From Barthelona sp. PCE (lineage: Eukaryota): DNA of 64,000 nucleotides. Both the position numbers and the translations under genes were made by a program. Of the stretch, positions 9,501-20,433 are shown piece after piece. Position 1 is the first letter of the stretch. The number at the start of each line of letters is the position of its first letter. The notes beneath the pieces were generated by a model. The model was not told the origin of the DNA. It did not search any database and saw nothing but the letters and a program-made list of their open reading frames with translations. The stretch is from the NCBI GenBank assembly GCA_040285745.1, contig JAUFOR010000001.1:1240001-1304000 (forward strand), in the 5' to 3' direction.

Positions 9501-10959
9501 ACTTATCACGGCCGATGATTGAAAGGCCTGACATTGCTAACTGCTTAGCAGAGTCACCTTCAGTTAATATGAGTGTGCACTGCTTGGCTTTTTTACCGCC
9601 CGCCCAGTTAGCATCCTCCAACTTAGGGATGGAAATCTTGAGCTTCTTTGTCTTACGACCGTCGCTCTTCTTCAAATCTTTTTCTCCAGCACGCTGGAAT
9701 AACATTAGTAAACGATCTTTGAGCATACGACCAAGAGATTTACCGAATTTTTCATCAGCAATGCGGAAACTAGAACCGAAAGTGCTAACCTTACTCTTCA
9801 GAGTCTCTTTGGTTTGTGAACCAAATGTAGGATTTTCAATGAGACATCTAATGAAAATAAACAGTGATGAATTGAGTTGCGTGGGGGTAAGCACTGCAGA
9901 GTTGGCACGTGCTTTACCCAATACAGAGGGAATAGCCTCCTTTAGTTTATCACGAACCTTCTTTTCAACATTTTTGTGATGAGTACCACCCAAAGTAGTC
10001 CAAATAGAATTAACAAATGACATTTGGTTAACTTCTTCAAACGGGTTAGGGGCCACAATAACATCCCATCGATCCATCTCTACCTGTACGTACCATGAAC
10101 CTGTCTTCTTTTCAGTGAACTGTGTCCTAAACATCTTAACGTAATCCTTGAAATTACGAACTGGGAATTTTTCTCCATTAAAGTATACGGAAACTCCATC
10201 ATTACAACCAGCAATATCAAGGCAACGGCGACACATGAGGTCAACATGATCATCATCTAATTCTTCCAAATTAAAACGAGATAGATCGGGTTTGAAGGTG
10301 ATCTTTGTGTATTCAGCCTTTTTGTTTTTGGTGATAGTAGGTTCATTGGCTTCAGACATGTTGTTTGTCCACTCCTGAACGAACTTCTGACCATCACTTA
10401 TTGTTTCAATCTTAAAAAATGTTGAATAAATGTTGGCTAACTTTGCACCATAACCATTACGACCACCAGTTACTCTCTTTTCAGAATCATCATAATTAGA
10501 TGATGTAAGGAGGGTTCCAAAGATCATAGTAGGAATATAACAACCAGCTTTCTCATGATAGACAATAGGGATTCCCTTACCATTATTCTCTACTGATATT
10601 GTACCTGATTCTATATCAATTTCTACCTTAATACGATTCATTTTATGGCATCTCTGCTTGTGATCCGATGCATTGACCAGGATTTCGTCAAATATCTTGA
10701 TGAGACCGGGTGTATAAGTGATTGAACGTAACTCAATTTCAGGAGTTTGCGTTTCCTGACTTGTGCAAACAAATACACTTGCGGTTTCAGGTTCAATAGA
10801 GCCAATATAGGTTTCAGGACGTAATAAAACATGTTCTCTTCCCTCTAATACTTGATATTGTTCTTGGATATCAATTTCCATTGCTGATCCATCGAGTACG
10901 TTTGCATCGACTTCGTCTTTCGCTGTAGAACTACGCTTCTTCTTCTTGCGCGCAGGCAT
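6529..10959 (-). CDS. TOP2: DNA topoisomerase II (type IIA), 1476 aa
   Basis: GHKL motifs EHVLLRPETYIGS, KIFDEILVNA and GGRNGYGAKL. TOPRIM motifs EGDSA, PLKGK and DQDYDGSHIKGL. Catalytic PRYIFT, GIGTGWST, and a charged C-terminal tail. Confidence 0.99.
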   Translation of the reverse strand: MPARKKKKRSSTAKDEVDANVLDGSAMEIDIQEQYQVLEGREHVLLRPETYIGSIEPETASVFVCTSQETQTPEIELRSITYTPGLIKIFDEILVNASDHKQRCHKMNRIKVEIDIESGTISVENNGKGIPIVYHEKAGCYIPTMIFGTLLTSSNYDDSEKRVTGGRNGYGAKLANIYSTFFKIETISDGQKFVQEWTNNMSEANEPTITKNKKAEYTKITFKPDLSRFNLEELDDDHVDLMCRRCLDIAGCNDGVSVYFNGEKFPVRNFKDYVKMFRTQFTEKKTGSWYVQVEMDRWDVIVAPNPFEEVNQMSFVNSIWTTLGGTHHKNVEKKVRDKLKEAIPSVLGKARANSAVLTPTQLNSSLFIFIRCLIENPTFGSQTKETLKSKVSTFGSSFRIADEKFGKSLGRMLKDRLLMLFQRAGEKDLKKSDGRKTKKLKISIPKLEDANWAGGKKAKQCTLILTEGDSAKQLAMSGLSIIGRDKYGVFPLKGKLMNVREASAKKISDNVELNNLKVILGLKHNTTSPGTLRYGRIMIMTDQDYDGSHIKGLLINWLDVFWPRLLESKGFLQEFVTPIVRCRKRNEVISFFTVHEFEEWIEDIEDADKWDVKYYKGLATSTAKEAKEYFNNTNLHVKDFVYEKVLASQRLDLAFNPKKTDDRKHWLLNHDPSLFIDHNNDNISVQEFVDHELILFSRADNERSLPNAMDGLKQVQRKILWTMFKRNVVKDYKVAQLAGLISADSAYQHGEASVSNTIIGMAQDFPGSNNYPYLIPSGQFGTRHQGTKANPAPRYIFTRLGELTRLLFPAGDDPLLKYLKEDNQDVEPECYYPVIPTVLLNGQTGIGTGWSTNIPAYHPAQLAENIFMLMDGEEQKPMKPWYRGIKTECQLIYRQLKRSKKIKEGSWRSHGIVEKIAPTKISVTELPVGLWNEKFKETLENMMEKEASAEAKKKKKKKDEQGEASVIIEDIIENHTDNTVDYTITMKKESMALAEATDGGLEKCFGLTNNIAVSNMVLWNSNNTIQLYNTPEEIISEYYEERLQKYEERRSYLIDKLQKDLVLVEAKHRFISMIIDDELIVAKRKKQDICIDLIDEKFPCYDEKDKVITEIDPKMFRGKKWSVKRNSHVRTAFDYLLKLNILNLTEEKLDELTKQMEDMRAELVDLLNTKAKEMWRGEINAFIEAYAAWEYENSEVVTEPPSRPECSYPGGITNFRNIDGTKKIKATKTAITRVSNSKLTNRAESDINHYVSKSKFVVDSDVEDVLSEPPTPTSEKPKKSKKSKKPKVKLDDYLIDSDFSFNMNEITPTPKGRKRKVSSKTKKVQRVEEEEEEEYIDDVTPINEITPTPKGRKRKVSSKTKKVQRVEEEEEEEYIDDVTPIKEPPKLRNKRGRKKMGYDDNVFDFLTPKKEEPETPMSEVSVDFQETPVTDVSVYQETPITEDKPRRNTRKTFTDYGFLSEPEEDVYDEEESDYEL
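6815..7050. repeat. Perfect 117-bp tandem duplication within the TOP2 C-terminal domain
   Basis: Two copies start at 6815 and 6932 and encode NEITPTPKGRKRKVSSKTKKVQRVEEEEEEEYIDDVTPI twice. Confidence 0.95.
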
Positions 10960-11267
10960 CCTAGATTAGTGAAAAGAAAAGGGGATAATAAACGAAAATC
11001 GCTGCGATTTTTGCATATCAGCATTTATGTACACCATAAAGGGAGTGTTCAACACCTCAGACGCATATGCGGTGCAGATAAGCGGTATCGCAATGGATAA
11101 ATTGAAAACTTTTTCACAGGCAAATTCGTTGCTATTCATTCACACCTACTATTCATTCTCAAAACAGACATTATGCCACACACCAGCCCTTAAACTTGGC
11201 ATTAAAATTTCCACGTACATCAGCAAACTTGTATTCATTTCTTCTTCATTCTTCCAGCTGCTGAATA

Positions 11268-14200
11268 ATGGAACCAATAGTTTCTGATTACAAAACATTA
11301 AAGGGGCTGTGTTGTGACTCTTCTCTTCCCAAGAAAATGCTTTTAAAAAATGTTGTGGGTTTAAGCTTTAATTTAGATATTTTGCATCAATGTCAGTCCT
11401 ACAAAGAACTACAGGTTGTTCTTCATTCCTTTCGGATGTCCAAACAATATGAACTGATTTTTGAAGCATGGGACATTGTGCCCCTTCATTTCATTAAACA
11501 TGTTGTCAACATGTTGAATTTTCCTTCAGTTTTTAAATATTTCATGAGCCAGGAAAACCTCATTAGCTCGGTTCTCAGCAAAGTACCATTCTGTGTGATG
11601 AACAAAATTGCACATAAATTAGGCAGATCAAACAAGTTCATTGATTTATGTGATGAAATCTATTTAAGCAATGTTTTCCCACCAAATCTAAACCGTATCC
11701 TAATATATGGCTGTTCATTAGATATTTTATCCAAAAATTCTCATATCATTAGTATCAACAAACTTCTGAAACATAAAAGATTTTGTTCTATTGTTGAAAA
11801 TATGGTTTGTAAGACTGATACAAAAAGTAGAATTACTTTGAAAGTGATTAAGTATCTACATAAGTACAGTGAAACTTTTTTATCATGGTATTTTGAAAAA
11901 TTTCAAAATTTAAGTATGAAGCACAAGACTTACAATCTAAATACATTAGATAGAATGTCTATAAACACAGAGTATGACATGAATGTACTTCTTTTAATGC
12001 AAAATTATCCAAAATATTTTGTGAAATTAATCAGTGAAATGGATAGAGTTCGTGTAGAAGAATTATATTTATTTGTTTTACATTATGATCCTGATACTTT
12101 CGTATCAATCATGCGCAAAAAGCTCTGCTTGTACGACCTAGGGGTATATAAGCAGTACTTTCTTGAATTAGATGTGTATTATGATTTGGTTCGTGAATAT
12201 TTTACGAGCAGCAATTGTTCAGTCACTCATACGGCTGAAATATTCAAAGATTTCAAGGTTATTGATATTTTTCGTGAAGTTTATATGGAAATTTATGAAA
12301 AAAATCAAGAGGAATGGCAAAATTCTTCAATTCAAAGTTTGAGCATATTACATCCAATTATTGAAACTGATATTGAAGAAGTAATGTTCGCAGGCCACGT
12401 TTTACCATGTGATAAACTTACACGTAGAATTTTTGAAGAATTTGTTAAAAGATCTTGTGGAATTTTTCATATTGATCAAATTCTGTGGTTGATCAATAGG
12501 TTTGCGTTATGGGGTGGAGATCTCCATTTAAAATGTGTCCAAGTTGCTATTGATTTGTTAAAAAGAAAATATTCGGCTAAAGCAATTGAGAGAGATTTTA
12601 TCTTATCTCATAATAATTTGTTATTAATTTCGATCATAGATCATGTTGACGACGTTATTGAACTGTTTAATTCAATGTCTTTTGTGTTTGCTGATAATAA
12701 TGAAATAGCACATGTACTTTTTTCAACCAGAACTTGGTTTAATGTACTCAACAATATTTGTATGTACAATACCAGTATCCCTGAACCACTTCTGGATACA
12801 GCATCCAACTATCTCTACAAGATGCTGCAGTTTTACTCTCAATATGAAAGTTTGACTTATGTTTTATCTCATATTTGTGTACATAACATTTTACCAAAAA
12901 TTTATTGTCATTTTAACCCTGAAGTCTTCATGAAGAAAAAGAAATTTTTGGACGTATCACAAGATTTAATTAAAATAATGAATCGGAAGAATAAGGAAAT
13001 TTCATTAAAGACAAATATTAGTCCTTTATTTTGGGTACGTATCATCAAACCCATTTTCGAACAGGATATGACACCAACAACACAACTAATGCTTAGCAAA
13101 TTCCTTCATGCTTTTTGTACAGCTATCCCTTTGGATCCAGTACAAGATTTTGATGAAAACAAAATTATTTGTCCTAACATGGAGTTTTTCGATAAATATG
13201 GGCTCAACGACCTTCTAAAACATATCGGTGGTTCCTTGAGTCTCAACTTACCGGATGATGAATATATTAAAGTAGCCGGAAAAACACTGTCTCTAGATTC
13301 AGATTTCAAAAAGCATCGTCTTTTTAAACCAAACGTTAAGTTATACGCTGAAAATATTAATTGTCATCCAGAAATCACTGAAAAGACGTTGGAGGATTAT
13401 TCTAAGGAAATCAATCATGATCCTCTTGTTATCTTATACCAGGAACAGTTAGAGTCCCTAAGAGACGAGTTATTGGATGAATTGGATGAGCGTTTACTTG
13501 TTTTAAGTCAGATAGTTACACTACAAATTGAAGTTCTTAATACTCTTGAGATGGGTTCTGATTCTACGCTTCAAAGCAAGTTAGATGAGGTTATTGTTCA
13601 AGTTCCTCATATTACAAAGTATTTTAAAAAGTTGAATACTTTGGTCAATTATTTTGAAATAGAAATGACAGAGATCCAACTTGAAAATGCCAAAAATGCA
13701 ATGAAATTACAACGTGGCTTCCCAGAATACCTGACTGAAGCAATAATATTAATGATTAGCACGTTTTCACATAATTTTGAGTTAATGTTGTTCAGTTTGC
13801 AGAACAATGGAACGTCTCCATATGCCATGAAAGCGTTAGATCACATGCTCCAGTCGTTTAATGTTGATAATGCTATTAAATTTGTTGATGAACTTTCAAA
13901 TATTTTTGAATCGTATAATTTTATTGGCGTAACTGCAACAAAAATGATACTATCCCTTATTCGATCGATTGCGATGAATTTTTCATCTGTTAATGTTGAT
14001 GGTTTTATTGAAATTTTATGGCAAAAAAAGATATCTGTTGATGTAAGAATCGTTCTAGTTTCTGTGACCATTGAGAAATTTATTTCAACAATTGAAAATG
14101 GTAATTTAGATGAATTTGGTATGTTTACGATCCTTAAAGATGCAGCTGAGCGATATATTACATCACCAGAAATCCTCAAGCAGTTAGGAAATCTTATCAA

Positions 14201-15356
14201 TCTTGTTAAAGCTAAACTATCAACTGATAAATGGCTTTCTGTGTACCCAATCATTGAGAAGGCAATTGTGCTGCCAATTCTTTGTTTTGAAGTTCCAGAT
14301 GATGCAAAGAAAAAAACTGATATAGACAAGAAAGGTATATTAAATGTTATCAGATCTTACTGTACGAGCATTATTCGTGAAGATCCAAGTATTATGAGTG
14401 AAGAGTTGGCTCTTTGGTTTACAAGTAATATAAAAACGTTGTACGAAACTTATGATTCCTATTTGGATACAGCTGTACTTATTACATATTTCCGATTGGG
14501 TCATGATGCTGCTGAACTCTGGGCGAACAAACTTTACGAGATATGTGATGATGAGTGGGAGATGCATCTAAGACTTGATGCACCATTTGAGTGTCGACGT
14601 TACAAAAAGTCACCTTTTGTTTTCTCAACTGAAGTGGTTGATAGTGTTGATTTCTTTAGATTTGCTACTAAACATTATGTTTCGCTGCTTCAATTTTTCA
14701 ATTTTCATCCAACCACTTTATTCACCTATCTTAATGTATTAGATTACAATATTGTTGAAAGAATTGAATATTTTATCAATATCCCTACACGATTTGCTTG
14801 TGTCTGTGCTGATGATGTGTTTATAGGATTGAACACAATTTTGTATCAAGAGTTGTTGGAAGCCTGTGAACTTTTGGACAATGCAGGTTGCTTTAATGAG
14901 TATTTAATATCTATGCTAAAGGTTATGTGCAGGGATTTAACCAACGGTTGTGATTTGATAAAGCAGCTTCATGAAGAAATGCCTTTATTTTACTCTGAAT
15001 GCCTGAAGTTTGATCCTCAATTATTGACTTATGTCTTTTCTTGTGTTGAGAACGGACAACATGTTAACCCAAAAAAGAAGCTGAGAAGTAGAGGTGGTGT
15101 AATGGGAAAAATTGGAAAACAAAAGCGAAAAATTTGTTATTTACCTGGTAGTGAAAGAGCATCAAAACATATGGGTAAGAAGAAAAAAAGTATGTTGGGT
15201 AAGAAAAAAAGCATGTTGGGTAAGAAAAAAAGTCGTTTAGGCAAGAAGATGAAAAAAACATCATCTACAATTCCACTGAATACATTTAATGTGAATTATG
15301 CTAGAAAAATGAAAAAAGTTGCTAAAACTAATACAACTTCATCTTTTACGTTTTAA
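11268..15356 (+). CDS. Hypothetical large, probably alpha-helical protein, 1362 aa, with a lysine-rich tail
   Basis: Uninterrupted 4.1-kb ORF with no recognisable motif. Confidence 0.75.
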   Translation: MEPIVSDYKTLKGLCCDSSLPKKMLLKNVVGLSFNLDILHQCQSYKELQVVLHSFRMSKQYELIFEAWDIVPLHFIKHVVNMLNFPSVFKYFMSQENLISSVLSKVPFCVMNKIAHKLGRSNKFIDLCDEIYLSNVFPPNLNRILIYGCSLDILSKNSHIISINKLLKHKRFCSIVENMVCKTDTKSRITLKVIKYLHKYSETFLSWYFEKFQNLSMKHKTYNLNTLDRMSINTEYDMNVLLLMQNYPKYFVKLISEMDRVRVEELYLFVLHYDPDTFVSIMRKKLCLYDLGVYKQYFLELDVYYDLVREYFTSSNCSVTHTAEIFKDFKVIDIFREVYMEIYEKNQEEWQNSSIQSLSILHPIIETDIEEVMFAGHVLPCDKLTRRIFEEFVKRSCGIFHIDQILWLINRFALWGGDLHLKCVQVAIDLLKRKYSAKAIERDFILSHNNLLLISIIDHVDDVIELFNSMSFVFADNNEIAHVLFSTRTWFNVLNNICMYNTSIPEPLLDTASNYLYKMLQFYSQYESLTYVLSHICVHNILPKIYCHFNPEVFMKKKKFLDVSQDLIKIMNRKNKEISLKTNISPLFWVRIIKPIFEQDMTPTTQLMLSKFLHAFCTAIPLDPVQDFDENKIICPNMEFFDKYGLNDLLKHIGGSLSLNLPDDEYIKVAGKTLSLDSDFKKHRLFKPNVKLYAENINCHPEITEKTLEDYSKEINHDPLVILYQEQLESLRDELLDELDERLLVLSQIVTLQIEVLNTLEMGSDSTLQSKLDEVIVQVPHITKYFKKLNTLVNYFEIEMTEIQLENAKNAMKLQRGFPEYLTEAIILMISTFSHNFELMLFSLQNNGTSPYAMKALDHMLQSFNVDNAIKFVDELSNIFESYNFIGVTATKMILSLIRSIAMNFSSVNVDGFIEILWQKKISVDVRIVLVSVTIEKFISTIENGNLDEFGMFTILKDAAERYITSPEILKQLGNLINLVKAKLSTDKWLSVYPIIEKAIVLPILCFEVPDDAKKKTDIDKKGILNVIRSYCTSIIREDPSIMSEELALWFTSNIKTLYETYDSYLDTAVLITYFRLGHDAAELWANKLYEICDDEWEMHLRLDAPFECRRYKKSPFVFSTEVVDSVDFFRFATKHYVSLLQFFNFHPTTLFTYLNVLDYNIVERIEYFINIPTRFACVCADDVFIGLNTILYQELLEACELLDNAGCFNEYLISMLKVMCRDLTNGCDLIKQLHEEMPLFYSECLKFDPQLLTYVFSCVENGQHVNPKKKLRSRGGVMGKIGKQKRKICYLPGSERASKHMGKKKKSMLGKKKSMLGKKKSRLGKKMKKTSSTIPLNTFNVNYARKMKKVAKTNTTSSFTF
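15171..15248 (+). repeat. ~21-bp coding tandem repeat (MLGKKKS, about 4 imperfect units)
   Basis: atgttgggtaagaaaaaaag units give MGKKKKSMLGKKKSMLGKKKSRLGKK. Confidence 0.8.
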
Positions 15357-15366
15357 ACAAAAGATA

Positions 15367-17192
15367 TTAAAAGCAATTAAAGGAAGTAAACTTTGAAGAA
15401 ATGTTGCAATTTGATAAGAATTCAAAAAATTCAATATTCCTCGTTTCAACAACATAATTGTGCTCTACATCTACACGCATAATATGCATCTTCACTTTGT
15501 AACACTCAAAATCTGTAAAACCTATTACAACTCTTGTCATTGGAGAAAAAAGAGCTCCTTTAATAAAAGAAACATCTGTTACACTATCAACATCATTAGT
15601 CCCAAACATAATAATCTTGCCGTTTACCAAAAGCAAACTTCTATCAAGAAAACATGGACTACATCTACCTTTAACTTGAAATAATGCAAAATCATTTAGC
15701 TCATAATTGAATCTTAAGAAAAATGATTGACGGTCACAATCAATGAAACATTCCTCTGGACAATAAGGATTCACGAGAAAACGATCAACATAAGCACCAA
15801 TATTTATCTCCTTCGATTTAAAAATTGTACTACCATTTAATACATGTAGTTCAACAACACGATCGTCTCTGATGAACCAAACACTGTCCCCAGCAACTCT
15901 TAAACACCTTACATTTTCTCTACAAAGAAAAAGATCATTAATAATGACTCCAAAATTTTGTTCACATTCGTTTAAAGCGACAAAATGAAAATTATTGAAA
16001 GAAATGTAACGAATCTCAAATTCTTCAGGTTTTTTAAACTCTGCAACCTTTTTTTCATTTGAATACAAATAGCAATAATCATTACATTCAGTAACATAAT
16101 TACTGCACCATTTCTGAGTATTTATATCATAAAACCTATCTGTGCAGCGTAAAATATGTCCTTCAAAATTTAATTTTGAGGGTACTAACAGTGTTATTGA
16201 GTTGCTAAACAAATCTAGAGTGATTGGAAAATTTGAAAAATTATATCTTCTTTCATTCAATGAAATAAACCTATTTTGCAACACAAACATACAATCAACA
16301 TCGTTTCTGTACAATTTAAAAAATGTAGAACATCCAGTTGCAGCATCATATTCTGTACAAAATACCTCATCATTTAGCATTAAAAAATTCCACGATTCAC
16401 AATATACGCTATTGTGGTGATCATACTCAGAAGAGCTCTGAATAATAACGTCAAAAATCCTTGATATATCTGTTTTAATATGTGATTTTGGTAAATAAAC
16501 AACAAAAGGGTTTTTAACAAGTTCCCCGTTGCATACAGAGCATGTAAACAGTTCATTACATTGAGAAATGATGAAATGATTATCATCAGGAGTGCAATCC
16601 AATCCTATAAGTCTAATATTATTCAAAACATCAACAACAAACGGTGTACCTTCATCAGTAAAGGCAAACTTCCTCACAGTATTGCTGATCATAAATGCAA
16701 CACCATCTATAGCAATATACTGAACTTTAGCAAAACTCCACCTTTTTCTATAAACTAGTATATTATCTTGAACTAAATCATATATTTCCATGATTGTTTC
16801 ACCATCAAATATCTCATGTTCAATACTAACAACAAATCTTTCATTCAATAAAAATCCATCATCTATAGCAATAGGTAAAACAACACTTTTAAAATATTTA
16901 AACTCTCCTTCTTTGAATAAAAACTGTTCAATTCTAGTCATAGATGAACTTGTGTGTACTGAACGATAAAAAATATCAGAATTTAGTAAAGTAGGTTTCA
17001 AGATACTGAATTTCTCCCCGTTAAATGCTTGAAGTGTATTTTCAATTGGTGGACCATGCACTATAGTACCACATTTATCAATTATATGCAATTATAAGTA
17101 TTAAATGTTTCATCAGGGCTGGAAACAATGAAATAATTGCCCAATGCAGAAAACATAAAGTTTTGTTCAAATACTTGTTCTGCTCGCATCAT
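15367..17192 (-). pseudogene. Orphan beta-rich family member, paralog of 22933..24909, with a 2-nt frameshift near 17085 (pseudogene or assembly error)
   Basis: ATG 17192 gives MMRAEQVFEQNFMFSALG..SSPDETFNTYNCI*, which continues in another frame as IDKCGTIVHGP. The paralog reads FKFMSVG..SAIDDNMNTKSFCIVDK..VCGP. The minus strand tgcATataattgataaa has an extra AT. Confidence 0.75.
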
Positions 17193-17356
17193 ATATAAAA
17201 CTTTTAGCCCAAAAAAAAGATTGGAAAAGGGTAAAAAGAAGGAAAACGTTAGACTATGAATATTGTTATGTCCAGATGCATTTACAAGAGTGCTGACCAG
17301 GTTTAAAACTTTTTTATGATTTGCTGATGGTACAATAAAAGGGAAATAAAAAAAAA

Positions 17357-17809
17357 TCACCTTAACATCGAAATAAGTGCTTCAAATGGAAGGAAATCAT
17401 TTTCTTTATCAATGTTAAGATGCAATAATAACTCTTCAAATTCTTCTGAAGAAACATTACTGTAAGTTTCCAACATTCTTTGTAAGTTATCCTTCTTTAT
17501 ATAACCATCTGGTGCCTCTATTTCATCATCTTTTAGATTTTCAAAAGATAGATACAAATCACTAGCACTGAATTCAGGTGCTGGAGTTTTTGACAATAAT
17601 GCTAAAAATTGTGGAAATGCTATGGTTGTTGAATTAATTGATACGTCTCTAACAGCTCTATCGAGCTCATCTAGGTTGATGTTCTCATATCGTAATCGTT
17701 TTGCTAATTTATAAAGCTCATTCGAATCGATAGAATTATCTTTGTTAATATCCAGGAAACTGAAAACACTAAAGATCTCAGATTCGCTGATTTCGGTGGC
17801 TGGGAGCAT
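17357..17809 (-). CDS. Calmodulin/centrin-like EF-hand protein, 150 aa
   Basis: VFSFLDINKDNSIDSNEL is a canonical EF loop, with a four-EF-hand layout of degenerate loops (IAFPQFL, DGYIKKDNL). Confidence 0.85.
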   Translation of the reverse strand: MLPATEISESEIFSVFSFLDINKDNSIDSNELYKLAKRLRYENINLDELDRAVRDVSINSTTIAFPQFLALLSKTPAPEFSASDLYLSFENLKDDEIEAPDGYIKKDNLQRMLETYSNVSSEEFEELLLHLNIDKENDFLPFEALISMLR

Positions 17810-18174
17810 GATTATGTTATGTTGTTACTAAAATATATATGCTTGGATAAAAAACTACTAATAAGAGGTTTTAGTATAAATTATGAATGTGAAAAATGCT
17901 TGCACAGATATATTTTACGAAAACTGCGTATTTAAAAGCCCTTAAAATAATAGAAAGGAGGTATAAACGCGAAACAAGCTTCCCACTTATGCATTTAAAT
18001 TTTATTAGTGAAAATGCTACTTAGAAACCATATTAAGGCTACCTGCGTGAGGAAATACGTAAATCTAGATACTTCTCCGTTTTTGGATTTTCATCCTTCA
18101 TCAACAGCTAAAAGGGCATTTTGACATAGGAAACATCTTTACTACGTTGTTTTATTGGGGATCAGTACAAAAAT

Positions 18175-20379
18175 ATGTCAAAAAATCAACAGCAAATCCC
18201 GCAAATGACGCACGAGATAGATATAATTAATAATGAAAATTTTCTCTTCCCTTACGAGTCGTTATGGACGCCCCAGATGGAGCAAAAGATCAGACTTAAC
18301 ATTGTTACATCAATAGTAGTTAAATCAGGTACTCCAAGTGCATGGTTGTTCACAGCTCGTAATGGTCGTGTTATGAAGAAGAAGAAAGATAAATTATCAT
18401 TTAATACCATTAGAGAGCACCTTTTAAGAGTGACAACAGATACAGGTTCATTTACAGATAATTTTGCTTGGGTATATTTTGTTGACCCAGAAACAAAAAA
18501 AGTTTCTTGTAGAATGTTTAGTCAAACTAGTTATCGTAATATCTTTACAAAGTCATCTCTTGGTCATGTATCATTAATTCAACCAGCTGTCGTCAGTTAT
18601 TCATTGGATAATACATTCATTTCTGCAGTTTATGCTCATCCACCAGGTTTTGCTCCACATTGTCGATTTTTACATTGTCAAACAGCATTACCATTTAGTG
18701 AACTCAATGATGAGAACACTATGCCAGTAGATTCATATCTTAAAGGTGTTAGTTCTACACAAATACTAAATCAATGTGAGGGAAATATGATGGATCTGGC
18801 TAATCATTTAAATTTCAATCACGATTTTCATATATCACGTATGCGTTGTGTCTTTGTTGTACAGGCAAATGACTTACACCCTATGCTTGTTGCTATTGAA
18901 GAAATGAAAGTGCAAAAAAAGTATTATAATGCATCATCATGTAGATATAAGTGTCATGGTCGTTACTGTGATTGCAAAGACAGTGATTTGCCAGCTTATG
19001 TTAACGCAGAAGACGTCCCAATGAAAATTTATGAAATGGAATTGCGTACGGAAGATTTTCGTTTTGTTTCACAACGAATCATTTTATTAGCAACAGGTGC
19101 CAACACACAACATGAACAAAATATTAATTCGAGCTACCCAGCTGTCAGTGTTTGCCCTCGTTGTTTTGCTATTTACACAGCTTTTAACAAATATCGTCGT
19201 ACTAAACATAAAAAAGTTCAAAAAATGAAGAATGAAGCACGTAAACTCAGTATTGCGGAAGTTAACCTCATCAAACGTCTTAGTCAACCAAAGCAACCAA
19301 CGGATGATAGTAGTATTGATGAACGAAATTTAAGAATCCGTAGGTTAAGTTCATTACATACAAAAATTAAACATAGTTCTTTTAAACCAGTTGATTCTTT
19401 ATGGACTTCCAGAGGTGCATCGTCCCTAAAAGTACGTTCTATGCAAATGCAACCTCCTTTAAGTCCTAAACTCGCATATCTCGATGGTCTCACTGTTCCT
19501 TTCTTTGCACACCATCATACTGATGCTAAGATCGGTATTGTTTTGGTAACAGATCCATTCATTACACCATTTGATCAAGTTGTTGAAAATATTGAGCGTT
19601 CACCCTTTGAAATATTAGTTTTAGGTTCACCTGGTGGTTCTTATTCATCAGTTAATGGTAAAACATCGGTTATCAACTCAGATCATGTTGGTAATGAACT
19701 CGCTAGCCATGTTAAAAAGGAGTTTTCATCTATGTTTTTTATGAGTGAAACAATATTCATTTTTTGCGGTTTTGCATGCAATTTTGCATCTTCAATGATA
19801 AGTTCAATGACCAATGTTGATTATGTTGATGAAGATAAACCAAAACTTAAGTGTTTATTCCTTTCACCTTTGTTATCAGCAGATGCTGCTGCTAGACAAT
19901 TATTAACAAGTTGCTGGCACATGACATCGTTGTTGACTGCAGCAGATCTACTTGATTCGATCGATTTACTGAGTGTCGTTATGCCACAAATGCTTTTCTT
20001 GGAGAATGCTGAAGGTTCATCATATCCCGCTTGTAGAAATCTTACCGCGCTACAAGCAACGGTCACTGGCCTATTGGGTGAGGAAGAATTTGATTTAGAA
20101 CAGATTCAAGAAGATTGTGATTTGTATAAAGGTGGTTGTCTTGCTATGTCGACATTGTTAGATGATGTTAATCAATTATATCTAGATAATGAGACACTTG
20201 CGCCGTTCACATATGAGACCAGACTTTTAGACGAAATTGTTGAAGCGCTGGTACCTGGTTATAAAACTGAAGTTACCAAAGAGGAAGAAGAGGAGGAATC
20301 AACCAACTTAGACGATGTGGATCAAGAAGATGGAAGCTCTAAAGAAGAAGAAAATGTTCCCGCAATGAACGATGAGTAA
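18175..20379 (+). CDS. Hypothetical protein, 734 aa (Cys-motif region, possible degenerate alpha/beta-hydrolase-like C-terminal half)
   Basis: Long ORF with CHGRYC and VCPRCFAIY motifs, ILVLGSPGGSYS and FIFCGFACNFA segments, and an acidic tail. Confidence 0.7.
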   Translation: MSKNQQQIPQMTHEIDIINNENFLFPYESLWTPQMEQKIRLNIVTSIVVKSGTPSAWLFTARNGRVMKKKKDKLSFNTIREHLLRVTTDTGSFTDNFAWVYFVDPETKKVSCRMFSQTSYRNIFTKSSLGHVSLIQPAVVSYSLDNTFISAVYAHPPGFAPHCRFLHCQTALPFSELNDENTMPVDSYLKGVSSTQILNQCEGNMMDLANHLNFNHDFHISRMRCVFVVQANDLHPMLVAIEEMKVQKKYYNASSCRYKCHGRYCDCKDSDLPAYVNAEDVPMKIYEMELRTEDFRFVSQRIILLATGANTQHEQNINSSYPAVSVCPRCFAIYTAFNKYRRTKHKKVQKMKNEARKLSIAEVNLIKRLSQPKQPTDDSSIDERNLRIRRLSSLHTKIKHSSFKPVDSLWTSRGASSLKVRSMQMQPPLSPKLAYLDGLTVPFFAHHHTDAKIGIVLVTDPFITPFDQVVENIERSPFEILVLGSPGGSYSSVNGKTSVINSDHVGNELASHVKKEFSSMFFMSETIFIFCGFACNFASSMISSMTNVDYVDEDKPKLKCLFLSPLLSADAAARQLLTSCWHMTSLLTAADLLDSIDLLSVVMPQMLFLENAEGSSYPACRNLTALQATVTGLLGEEEFDLEQIQEDCDLYKGGCLAMSTLLDDVNQLYLDNETLAPFTYETRLLDEIVEALVPGYKTEVTKEEEEEESTNLDDVDQEDGSSKEEENVPAMNDE

Positions 20380-20433
20380 ATTCATATGTTAAAAGAATTT
20401 TTTCCCTTTTCAAATTCATTTTTTGTTATAAAA

